NCBI RefSeq assembly: GCF_036588685.1
Contig: NC_086385.1
Coordinates: 36,417,216 to 36,481,215 of the forward strand
From: Mytilus trossulus
Taxonomy: Eukaryota
Direction: 5' to 3'
DNA: 64,000 nt
In this document: positions 13,931-26,044 of the stretch, one piece after another
Layout: each line of letters starts with the position of its first letter
Position numbering within the stretch: position 1 is the stretch's first letter
Notes under the pieces: model-generated
What the model saw: only the letters and a program-made list of their open reading frames with translations
Database searches by the model: none
Told to the model about the DNA's origin: nothing
Program-made: the position numbers and the translations under genes

Positions 13931-14022
13931 TACAAGACAAAAACACAGGTGTATTTATGTATTTATGGATAGAAAATTAACGTGTTTCCGATTTATATTT
14001 TTAATTGTGAAGCGATTGTGAA

Positions 14023-15329
14023 ATGGCAGAAGGCCGGGACAATCTTGGAATAATTCCTTATGATTACGAACCGGAGTTTACGCAAGAAGAACTGCAAAAT
14101 ATAAGAGAGACATCGCCGATCACAAATCTTGCAACTTTAGAAGATTGGTGCAGTTGCAATGCATGTGAAGAAATGCCTTCGCCGGAGGAATGTATTTGTT
14201 GTTGCTCCTCTGAATATGTGCAACCGAACATTGATGACTTGGAGTGCATAACTGAACACCCTCAGTTTCAGCTGATCGTCCTTAATTCAGACGTTTTGAC
14301 AGTGGCATTTATTCAGATATTTATGTTTCAAGGAAATGCAGGTCGTGTCCCGGATAATTTAACAAATCAGTAAGTCAATTTTACATCGAATATTAAGCTT
14401 ACTAAATTTCGTAAATTGCTTAAAATTCTCGCTATCTTTATCTAACATTCATTGACATTCTCAACAACAACAAAAATGAAAAAAAGGGGGGTGCACATCT
14501 GCCTCCTCTCACCTGATAAAATGTTTTTATTATTAGTATTGACACTCTTATATATAGTCTAGCATGGAAGTAAAATCAAAGATATGAAACTTTGAAATAA
14601 CTAAACTAATTTATATATATATGTGAAAAAAAAATATGTTTCCATTTATATGTTTTAAAATGCCACATTATTTAAGTGTCCGTACCAAGTCAGGAGCCTC
14701 TCTAGAAGTTGACGTTTGTTTGTGTGTTACATATTTGTTATTGTTTATTTTTTTATATAAATAAGGACGTTCGTTTTCTCGATTGAATTGTTTTACATTA
14801 TCATATCGTGGCCATTTATAGCTGACCGGCTATGCAGTATGGACTTTGCTCATTGTTGAAGGCCGTACAATAATCTACATGTATAGTTGTTAATGTCTGT
14901 CATTTTGGTCTCTTGTGGACAGTTGTCTCATTTGCCATCATACCACATCTTCTTTTTTATATTATGTGTACAAAATGTAACTGTAATGAATAACAAGATA
15001 TTGTAAAATAAAGAACTTTGAACTCTACATGTATATATGTTAAAACCCATAATTACCACAACTAATTAAACTGATTTGACTGTTGTATTTATTAAAATAT
15101 GATAAAAAGCAAAATATTAATTATAATTGTCTTACTTTTCAGGCAGTCAAGGTTGACAGCCTACAGGCAGTTTGTATATTGGATGCTGAGAAGAGAAAAA
15201 CTTGGAAAAGGAAAGAGAGTTGTTATCCCATCGTGTGTGGTGAAATGCATTCGTGAAGCATTTCCAGAGTCAAATGGACATTACACAGGTTTTAGAACAG
15301 TATTTGACAATAGTTCACATTTGTTCTAA
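14023..15329 (+). CDS. KolX-like / P2X7 C-terminal (ballast) domain protein; exons 14023..14369 and 15143..15329; 177 aa; intact
   Basis: Donor CA|GTAAGT at 14370, acceptor TTTTCAG| at 15142, phase-2 join in frame. Motifs PYDYEP, WCSCNACEEMP..EECICCC, CITEHPQF, RLTAYRQF, GKGKRVVIPSCVVKCIREAFP...YTGF. Confidence 0.85.
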
Positions 15330-15436
15330 TATATATAATTATGTTTATTATGTACAGTGCTACTGTATTGATTTTTTAATTTCATTTAAAAAATATTTGC
15401 TCTAATTTGACTCATTTATTTATTTGTGATTCACAT

Positions 15437-18400
15437 TCAATCACAAACTTTGTTAAATCTTGAAATAAGATTATGAACTAGTTCAGCCTTTTCCGGTGCT
15501 GGTACAGGTGCAATATTGCCCTGATTTTTTGTGTCAATTTTGGGAAAGATCATCTCTGCCTTTTGCAAAACACACATTTTCATCATTGTGTTTACCCACT
15601 TATATGTCTTAGTGTTATACACTGGTTTAGCTACCCATTTTGCTGTTATCTTTGAGTACACAGTTTTGTACACTTCATTTCCTTGTGCGTCAATTTTTTT
15701 TCCACGGTTTTGTGACATATTGTGGTCAATTACTGCTAGCGATGTTCTAGCATTCATCTGGTCAAAGTCAAATTCTTGTCGCTTTGGAACATATTTTAAA
15801 AGCAAGCTATGGTACACCTCCAAATTTCCAGTGTGGCAGAACTCGCTTAAATGTTTAATGTCTTTCCTTAACCGTTTATTAAGGATAACTTCTTTCAAAG
15901 CATTGTGTGCTTTCGAATCCTTCACAAGCCACCTTTTTTTTTCAGCTATAGCTGGTGTTATCTCTTCGTGTGCACAGGATGTGACTGCCTTGCCCTCGAA
16001 TGTGTGCAGGTTTATCACATGATGAACGATTGAAACCCAGCTTTCCTCTAACCATTCCTTATCCCCGTTGCAATTGCTTGCACACCACCATAGGTGATTG
16101 CAAATAGCCTTAATCCATGGTGCAAGGTCTTCAGCTCCCCTCAGTTTGGCTTTTTGTTGGAGTTTTTTGCGTACACTTTTTGCCAAATGCCATACATCAA
16201 ACTGGTGTTCAGTCTCAGGATATTGTTTGTTCATCACACTTCTTATCTGGACATGTCGATCAGTTGCAAGAACAGTAATTTGAAAACCTTTGTCTAAAAG
16301 GTACTCCATACATCGACGGAAACCCTCTACCTCCATCTTAGAGGAACTCCCAGTTTCAGTAACTTTGATAGTGACAAAAGCCAATATGTGTTGTGTTTCA
16401 ATGTCAAGTAATGAATATGTGCAGTATTTGGCATTGAAACCAGGTGAATCACACCTACCATCTCCTGCAAGCCTTAGTGGTCTATTTGAAGCTTTCACTT
16501 TGTCTAATAATTTTCCCTGTATAACCGTCCATGTGTGTGCAATAACTGGCATAATAATTTCTCGTTGTATGGTGTAGTAGGTTGAACTTCCAATAAATTT
16601 TAAATTCATGAACTCAGCAAATTGGGCTATGTGTGTGTAGGTTTGACCACATAACATTGTAGCAGCAGTGACTAGTAAGTTGCCAGCTGGCATGTTGCCT
16701 ATGAGAGGTTGGGATAACCACTTATAGACAAGATGCCCACTGGTACAGAACACAGAAACTCTGATGATGGTACCAGATGAACAATCTTTTTTAGTGTCTG
16801 ACAAATCTACTGGACAGTTGCACTCATCACATTTAAGCCTAGCAAAGAGTTGATCCAGTTTGGTTTCAAAAACAATAAATTTTCTTTGATTAGTAATGCA
16901 AGCTTGAGTATCAGAGGCTGCAGTACTATCATCTGAATCTATGCTCTCATTTCCTTCATTTTCATCAGAATTTTGGATATCACGGTCGATGTCAAAGGTC
17001 AAGTCATTCTTATCATCACTGAAAGAATGACTTGCAATTGAGCTGTTGAAAATATCATTCTCTTTTATTGGAGTTGAGATTGAGGACGGAGGTATCTTAG
17101 GTATTGGAGTTAATGGCCAAATAGCTAAAGTCTTGTCTGTTGTTTCCATGGTTATATCAGTGTTTACTCCTATTGTACAAGTTGATGGTCCAATTCGCTT
17201 GGTGTAGCTGTGATCTGCTGTTAGAATTGATGACTCGATTTTATTTGCTTGCAAACACATCATACATGGATGACCACATGCGTTTCCTGAATATGTGACT
17301 GATAAAATGGAAGACGAATTTGGTGGTTCCTGACTGTGCAATTCTACCATGTCTTCTGTTTCAGGGACTTCAATTTGTCCACTGCATTCTACTGTTTCAA
17401 GAACTTCAATTTGTCCACTGCATTCTCCATGGGGCTCAGAAAAAATGCTCTATAACAAAAAATGCTTGAAATAGTATTTATAATACACAATAGAACCTTT
17501 TCCTTGTTTGTCTTTATGACTTATAATATTTAATTAGAATTGTTTCAAAATTGAAACATATTTATTAAAGTTCCCCAAGCTGGATTTTTTTTTATAACAT
17601 ATTTAGATATTCAAATTAATAAGATTTGCCTACAAAATATTTGTAAAATTAATTGGTTGTTTGTTGTTTGCTCAACACCCAGTGGCAAATATTTCATGCA
17701 TGTTCAGGAGGGTAATAAATAGAGGCCGTCGGGGATGAAGGTCGAGGAAATCAAATCTTTGTACAAAACAATGTACTTTTGCATACCTGATCCTGTAAAG
17801 GTAAAGTCTCTGATATGACTGGAGGTGTAGAACATGTTGCCGCTTTTGGGTTTTCAATAGACAGTATAGTCTCTTTCTCGACCTGAAAAAAAATAATGAA
17901 ATAAAATAAATACACGATGTTTATTGGATATATGTTGTATTTCACCGACCAACCTATCCCCCTCGTGTCCCCTATTTTCTCTATTTGTACTAGTTTTGCA
18001 TACCTGATTCTGTAAGGTCAAAGTCTCTGAACTGACTGATGGTGTAGAACATGTTGCCGCTTTTCTTTTCTTTTTAAACAGCTTAATCTCTTCTTTGACC
18101 TGCAAAAAATAATCAAATAAAATAAATAGACGATATTTATTGAAATTTAGCTTTTATGCCGACCCCAAACACCCCCTTTTTTCTCCCGATATTTTTTCCA
18201 AATTTTCACTTGGATAATAGCAGTTTTTAAAATATCTCTTGTTCTCTTCTCTTGTGTAACTGCACATTCTATTTTATTTAAATAACTAGATAAACGAATA
18301 TTTTGCATTCCAGTAGCACAGACTAAAACTGGATTTTAGAACCTAATCAATATAAAAGTCAAATAAGACAACACATACGAGACCAGGTTTCAGGACTTTA

Positions 18401-19043
18401 TTTTTGTTTATTAGTAATTGATATAAGTAGCAATGCATTTATAATAATTGTTTATTATTCCCTGATCTCCGCGATGCATGTTATATTGAGAACTCACCAT
18501 GATACCATGATATATATTGTTTACAAACACGCGCATACAATGACCTCAAACGACCTGATAATATGATACTATTACTACACACACATCATTACTGCACACG
18601 TGGAAATAGTTTAATTTTGCGTATTACGATAAATCGAAGTAAAAGTAATTCTTTTTTTTAATATTCTATTTACTAACCTGTGCACTTCGACGTTTTTGTG
18701 TAGATTTGGTCGATCGTTCCTGTGTTTTTCTGGTGTCCATTCCGGTGTTGACAATTGTCGGCACTGCATTTTGACGCAAATATTTTCTTTTTGGTAAGAA
18801 GTCCAAAGATTCTTTGACCAGGTTTCTCTCGAATGAATCGGGCGTGAAATGGTCTTAACAAACAACCTTGCTACTGCTAAATTTAAAATTTTCTATTTGC
18901 AGTTTACCATTTTTCAAGTTCGAGATCCATTGTTTACAAAGTTTCTTTTTATCTGCACTTTTTGAAGGATCAGGCATAACGAAAAAACTTTTTGTACACT
19001 TCCCTTTTTCATTAGTACAATTGAATGCTTGACAAGACGGCAT
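15437..19043 (-). pseudogene. THAP-DDE Kolobok transposase; exons 19043..18678, 18099..18004, 17882..17787, 17449..15437; ~856 codons; TAA at codon 63
   Basis: THAP: MPSCQAFNC...W...VVC*DHF...NAVPTI in one frame through TAA at 18855-18857. All three introns are GT-AG, phase 0. Catalytic motifs: LAGDGRCDSPG.NAKYCTYS, LATDRH, HQFDVWH, HTGNLEVYHS..LKYVPKR. Confidence 0.85.
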
Positions 19044-19126
19044 CTTTATTGAAATATTAAGCGAATTGTGTTTAATTATAGCGAAGTAAAAAAATATTTT
19101 ATTATGTTCATCCGCACTGCTTCAGT

Positions 19127-19149
19127 ACCAAACAGACTGTGTGACGTCA
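19127..19149 (-). promoter_or_regulatory. CRE-containing motif upstream of the transposase
   Basis: Minus strand TGACGTCACACAGTCTGTTTGGT matches 13908-13930 (TGACGTCACATAGTCGGTTTGTT) at 20/23 positions. Confidence 0.6.
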
Positions 19150-19644
19150 TTAGACATTCGGGGCTTATCGGTTTGAAACAATAAACAGCGAGGATGATTG
19201 GCACCGAATCTGTCTTTTATTAGAAGAGTACTTACAATGGCGTTTACCATGATATTGTGAAAATGTCAAATTTAATAAACCGTATTTCATTATTAGAAGA
19301 GTTAATTTAAAAATCGTTGGGTTATTTACGTTTGGGAAAACACTTTTTATCATATAAACTCAGCTTCAGTAAAACCTGGAGTTTTCCTTTAAAGAATTTT
19401 TGTACAATGATAATAATTACATATTGATCAAGACATTAGAGTGATTGAATTATTTAAATGTCACATATTAATTAGAGTGATTGAATCAGTTGAATATCAC
19501 TTGAAAGTAAATTATAATATTTCTGAAGGTAAGTTAACTGTTATAAAACACGCTGCACATTCGTTAAATGTGAAATACAAGTTTTTGAGAAATAAATACT
19601 GTTACCATTATCCAGATCATATTACGTATAACATGCCAAAAACT

Positions 19645-20250
19645 TTGGGTGATCTCAGGTGCTCCGGAAGGGTATGCAGGTAGGTCACATTCGCGAAAGG
19701 AGAACGGGATTGCAGTACCGATATAAGGAACATATCCGATATCATCTGGGAAACGGAAATTCCATAACGGCCAACCAACTCGTGATGGCGTCAGTAAAAT
19801 TTACGAAGGGTTGATTTCAACTTCACCATTTGGAATTCTTGGTTAAAGATATTCCTTGTGTGTAGTAACGCTCTATCAAGAAAATCATGATAGGAAATGT
19901 AAGCCCTAAAATATTGTATCAATTGGGAGATATATACTCCGTATGCAGACGCTGCTGGAATGTAACATAGAATACGAAATGGAACGTTCATAATTGGGAA
20001 GCTTAATTCATCTCTTTTGTAATAACGTTTTGTTTTCAATCCACCCTCATTGTCAATTTCTAGATGTTAGTCAAAATAATAGGCAGACTTAAATTTATAT
20101 GTTGTATCCTTTATCTCTAGCTCGATGGGATAGGTGCTCGAGGATAGATGCGTTCATCATAGTCACCAAATTTTAACTTATTTAGTGAGAGAACATCATC
20201 TATATAGCGGATAGTAAAGTTAAAGAATATTGCTTACTTCTTTTCTTTCT
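19645..20250 (-). mobile_element. Penelope-like RT 3' fragment
   Basis: RYIDDVLSLN, KTKRYYKRDELSFPIMNVPF, PAASAYGVYISQLIQY; same family as 4770-5935. Confidence 0.75.
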
Positions 20251-21331
20251 CTGATTATTATCAATTTATGATACGTATCGACACTTTCCCTTTGGATATG
20301 TATATGTAAAGAGATCATATACATCGGCAATTTTATCACGTATATCAGTCTTCATTAATATTGAATGTTGATCAAATAATAATTAACTGACAAGATGAAT
20401 GCTTGGTATTTGTGACTGGCAAATAATAAAGGCTAGCAAAAAATGTTAAAGCAGATTTGAAAGGTTTTCTACTTCACAACCTGATCGTCCAAATACATGA
20501 ATTTGAATAAAAACTATTGATAACAAAACTCTACCCTTTATACTAGCCCTTGATATATTGCAAGCAAGAACAGTGTAAATATGGCGTTCAAAACAGTCAT
20601 TAGATCGGAATTCCTGTTCCTGAAATAACAAGTTATTGTGATATTGTTTGATAAAACATATTTAATCATAATTTCCTATATTTTGTTTTATGGTAATTGA
20701 ATTGTGATATTCTTAATCAATAATTTCAAATTGGTCCTGATGGGGTGGGGCAAACTATTTGAAACACATTAATCTTTTTCTTTCTTCTTTTCTTTATATG
20801 TATTTAAAATACAGCTAACGATCTAAATATAGATACAGATTTTACCAAAAAAAAAAAGCTTCGGTAACCCTTATGGCTCATGGGTTATATTAAGCATGTT
20901 AGATAATACACGTTTCATTGGTTGCATCATGTTTATAAAAACATTGTTGAGTGTTTCTGATTTAGATAATCAATTTTATTATAACATTTTTGATTTATTT
21001 ATCATATGAATTATTAACTGTGAAAACAATTGTCAAGTGATTAATATTTGATAAACATTTGCAAGAAAGAAAGTTTTCTGCTCTTTTGTCGGGTTGATGT
21101 CTCTTGAACACAATTTTCATGTCCAGTCTTTTTTTTAGTATGGTATAAAATTGAAATAAGAAATAAATCAGAAAATTAATTTCAGATGTTCTCTTTTCTA
21201 TTTTTTCTTCTTTCTTTTATTCCTTTTTTGTAATCTGATTACCCAAATATACGATACACTGACTAGATATTCCTTATCATTACAAACATACAGAATTCAA
21301 TCCGCCAATTTAAAACATTATGTTGTTCTAA

Positions 21332-21627
21332 GGGAGCAACCATTTGATTTTTATGGGGGGGCTAGGATGGAAAATTTTGTCCTGCATTTTTTTTTTAGTT
21401 GTAATATCTGTCCTGCCTTTTTATTTTTCACTCTATTCGGTCCTGCCTTTTTTTTTAGTTTATCCTGCCTTTTTTTTTACCTAAATTGTCATCCTGACTT
21501 TTTTTTGCAAGTGTCTCATCCTGCCTTTTTTTTTACTCAAAATTCCTGTATACCTATTTTTTTTCAAATTTCATCCTAGCCCCCCCCCCCCCCCCCCCCC
21601 CCCCATAAAAACCAGATGGTAGCTCCC
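21332..21627. mobile_element. PIF/Harbinger (Tourist)-like MITE, 296 bp
   Basis: TAA TSD at 21329-21331 and 21628-21630. TIRs GGGAGCAACCAT..TATGGGGGGGCTAGGATG / CATCCTAGCCC..CATAAAAACCAGATGGTAGCTCCC. Internal tcctgc(t)n repeats. Confidence 0.8.
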
Positions 21628-24109
21628 TAATTAATGTTAATATTTAACAAAAGTAAGTGCCGATACGTGCCCTTTATACTAGCCTAACTTTCGTTTTCTC
21701 AAAAGCAAAAGAGTCTTATAAAGCAGCATACTACTAATTAAAAAGGAATGAAAATATATATTGACAAATTCTATGCCTTATATTTAAAAATCACCATAGA
21801 TCAAACAAGTATACCTTAAAATAACATCATAGTATTGTACAAGGAATGTATGATTATTATTACAAACATTTTTTTCAGATTTTAAATTAAATTATCAATC
21901 TTAATATAACTATGATTTTTCCAACAATAGCTATCGCGCACGCGCAATTTAACATAATGTCTGAAGTGCTATTGTTTGAAAAAAAATATTAAAGATTACA
22001 TAATTGTTATTTTAACATCACTCCAGTTGTCATTGAATACTAATAAGCATTTAATTATAGCCCGATACGAAAATTTTCATAACAAAAAAAACCCAATTCT
22101 TCATATTGTCAGTTCATATTTTGAATTACATTTGCAAGGATGAAATTTACAGAAAAGGTATGAAATTAAACTCGTATTTTTTTTTCTATTTTCAAATATT
22201 GTTATTCAAAAATGTTTGGATGATATTTTTTTATAAGATTGCCATCCTACTTTTCCAATTGACGGTTGATTTCCTACTTTTTATACGACCCCAAGATTTT
22301 GTGGGGGGATTCGTGTAATGCTATGATGTCGTCTGCGTCGTCTGTATCGTCGTTGTTGTTGTCGTCGTCGTCCGAATACACATTTGGTTTACGGACAATT
22401 ACTTATGTTCTAGTGAATGGATCTTTATAGAATTTTAAAAGAATGTTCAATACTACACAAGAAAGGTTTGGATTGATTTTGGGGTTAATGGTACTAACAG
22501 TTTCGGAATAAGGGGCCACAAAGGGACAAACAACAGCATTTTTGTAGTTTAATTTCAGACTATAACTTGTATGTAAGTGTATGGATTATCTGACATTGCA
22601 CCACAATGTTTTACATTACAAAGGAAAACTGGGATTTAATTTAGGGATAATAGCCTCAAATAAGAGTCAAAGAAGAGGCCAAAATTAAGCATTATTTCTA
22701 GTTTCCATACAATAACTTGTGTTTAAGTGTATGGGTATCTCTTCAATTTTACTAAAAGGTTCAATGCTACAAAAGAAAAGGCAGGTATTGAGTTGGGGGT
22801 AAGTGCTCCAAAGGGTGGGGGGTTAAATAAAATTGGGGGGAGTTTTTTGTTCAAAACGTTTCAAATTCATTTTTTTTTAAGTTTCACGAAGAAATCTTCA
22901 TTTGGGAAGTGCTATTTTGCAGGTTGCAGGTTGCGGGTTGCAGGTTGCAGGTCACACATAAATATTATATGTATGTAAATACATGTATAAAATCTACCCC
23001 ATGACTAATAAATTTAAAATTATTTAAAATAATTCAATAATCATAATTTTAATACACATACATGTATCTTATAATGCTAATTCTACTTCTTAATTGCTAT
23101 TAATATAGTTCTAAACATTGATTCCAATTAAGTGAAAGCAATAAAAACTTGACATGGACTGAACAGGTTCTATAGAACATATTTTTCTGTATTAATCTAG
23201 TTTCATAAACAATTAAATTCCTTTTGGTGGACATCCAACATCGTTGAGGCTTATATTAAGAAATTATTAGGTTTAAATAATTGTATAAATGCCCTTTCTT
23301 GCATGAACATAATTTAGCGCAAAAAACAAACAAAATAACTTCCTTCCCTTTATCTGATAAGAATTGTATCCTTGAGATCGCTAAATAAAGAGGACAACCT
23401 AAATATAGATAAAGATTTTCCCAAAACTATATTCGGGAACCCTTTTGGCTGAATAGTTATATTTATCATTGGTTGCATCATGTTTATAAAACATTGTTAA
23501 TTAGTCTTTAACAATATTTTTGAATATTTCATCATTTAAAAATACTAATTGTGCAGATAATGGTCAGATGTTTAATATTTGATAAACATTGACAAGAGAG
23601 AAGACCGTGGTCTTAAAAAGACATTTTTTGTCTATCTATGCTTTAAACAAAATAAGTATTCTTGATTTACAACCTCATCGTATTGTGCAAACTTGTACGG
23701 TAACTATCAATAAAATGTGTACTATTTTTAGATTTGAAATCTACTTACCAATCTAAATATAACAAATGTGGACTTTCCAACTAGAGCTATCGAGCAATTT
23801 AAAACTGTGTTTGACGTGCTTTTTGTGTAGAAAATCTTACCGATTACATCATTATTATTTATTCATCACTTCAGTTGTCCTTGAATACTGATAAGCATTT
23901 AATTATAGTCTCAATGAAAATTTTCATAACAATAAAAAGAATAAAAAGCAAATTTTCATTTTATCGGTTCATATTTTGAATAACATTTGCCAAGATGAAG
24001 CTGACAGAAAAGGTATGAAATTAAGCGCATTATATATTTCAAGACTATTTTCGAATCTGATTAGTCACAAATGTCTAGATGGGATGTGTTTTTAAGATTT
24101 TTATCCTAG

Positions 24110-24168
24110 GTTTTATACGACTGCAAAAATTTTGGTTGTATATTGGTATCACGTTGGCGTCGTCGTCT

Positions 24169-24203
<35 letters not shown>

Positions 24204-25685
24204 CGAATACTTTTAGTTTTCGCACTCTAACTTTAGTAAAAGTGAATAGAAATCTATGAAATTTGAACACAAGGTTTATGACCACAAAAGAAAGGTTGGG
24301 ATTGATTTTGGGAGTTTTGGTCCCAACAGTTTAGGAATAAGGGGCCAAAAAGGGCACAAATAAGCATTTTCTTGGTTTTCGCACTATAACTTTAGTTTAA
24401 GTGAATAGAATTCTATGAAATTTTACACAAGGTTTATGACCACAAAAAAAAAGATTGTGATTGATTTTGGGAGTTTTGGTTCAAACAGTTTAGGAATTAG
24501 GGGCCAAAAAAAGGACCCAAATAAGCATTATTCTTGGTTTTCGCACAATAACTTTAGTATTAGTAAATAGAAATCAATGAAATTTAAACACAAGGTCTAT
24601 AACCACAAAAGGAAGATTGGGATTGATTTTGGGAGTTTTGGTCCCAACAGTTTAGGAATAAGGGGCCCAAAGGGTTCAACATTAAACTTTGTTTGATTTA
24701 ATCAGAAATTGAATAATTGGGGTTCTTTGATATGCCAAATCTAAATGTGTATGTAGATTCTTAATTTTTGGTCCCGTTTTCAAATTGGTCTACATTAAAG
24801 TTCAAAGGGTCCAAAATTAAACTAAGTTTGATTTTAACAAAAATTGAATTATTGGGCTTCTTTGATATGCTGAATCTAAACATGTACTTAGATTTTTGAT
24901 TATGGGCTCAGTTTTCAAGTTGGTCCAAATCAGGATCCAAAATTATTATATAAAGTATTGTTCAATAGCAAGAAATTTTCAATTGCACAGTATTCAGCAA
25001 TAGCAAGAAATCTTCAATTGCACAGTATTGTGCAATAGCAAGTCTTTTCAATTGCACAGCATTGCGCAATAGCAAGAAATATCTAATTGCACAATATTTT
25101 GCAATAGCAAGAATTTTTTTAATTGGAGTTATCTTTCTTTGTCCAGAATAGAAGTTGAATTAACTTAAATCATTGTTTTATACAATATACAATGTATATT
25201 CACTGTTACTTCCAACTGATAAATTAAAACAATCTTTACCATTCAGTGATAACAAGCACTTTTTTTACATTTTAATATTTTATGATGTATTTAAATGAGT
25301 AGTTATTGTTGCAAACTCCATTAGAAATTTGAATTGAGTTCAGTTTTGGAATAAGGGAAAGGGGGATGTGAACAAAAAAATGGGGGGGGGGGGGGGGGGG
25401 GTCAATTTTACTCATTTCAGATTTCATAAATAAAAAGAAAACTTCTTCAAACAATTTTAGAGAGGATTTATATTCAACAGCATAGTGAATTGCTCAAAGG
25501 CAAAACAAAAATTTTAAGTTCATTAGACCACATTAATTTTGTGTCAGAAACCTATGCTGTGTCAACTTTTTAATCACAATCCAAATTTAGAGCTTAATCC
25601 AGCTTGAATGTTGTGTCCATACTTGCCCCAACCGTTCAGGGTTCAACCTCTGCGGTCGTAAAAAGCTGCGCCCTGCGGAGCATCT
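24110..25685. mobile_element. Helentron/HINE-like non-autonomous element with internal satellite arrays
   Basis: ttttatacgactgca at the left and inverted tgcggtcgtaaaa at the right followed by a GC-rich tail (gctgcgccctgcggagca); (cgt)n microsatellite; ~160-bp tandem units at ~24200-24690; ~32-bp units at ~24955-25110. Truncated relative at ~22277-22910. Confidence 0.6.
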
Positions 25686-26044
25686 TTTTCCATTTTAGTT
25701 TGATTTTCTTTTTATAAGATATTTTATCATGTTTATAGTAAATGTTTACAGACTATCAATTGTTCTATAATTATCATCAGAGATCGATATATCCTTTTTA
25801 TACTGCAATGTGAGAGACTTTGAAAAACAGTAACGATGACCAAATATTTTGCGGTAATAATCTCAACGAATGTCCCATGTGTTGCAAATTTAACAAATAC
25901 ATTAAATAATTAAACGATAAGTATTGTCATAGATCACAATTAGTATATTTGGTGATCTATTTTTTCTTAGCTGTAAGCATGGTAAAACAATTTCGCAAAA
26001 GTAACTTACATGAACATGATAACGGTATAGAGAGAAAACGACAG

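Larger units (their letters stand above)
13732..19388. mobile_element. Kolobok-superfamily DNA transposon, full length (5657 bp)
   Basis: TTAA at 13728-13731 and 19389-19392. Imperfect TIR AGGAAAAGGCCATGTTT vs AGGAAAACTCCAGGTTT (reverse complement of the right end). Two convergent genes: THAP-DDE transposase and a Cys-rich accessory gene. Confidence 0.85.

Noticed and set aside
14023-15329. A true P2X7 receptor gene
   Set aside because: No transmembrane or ectodomain exons; it has its own ATG and lies inside transposon ends.
24955-25110. ~32-bp repeats as a CRISPR-like array
   Set aside because: No unique spacers, eukaryotic context; it is a minisatellite inside a HINE-like element.
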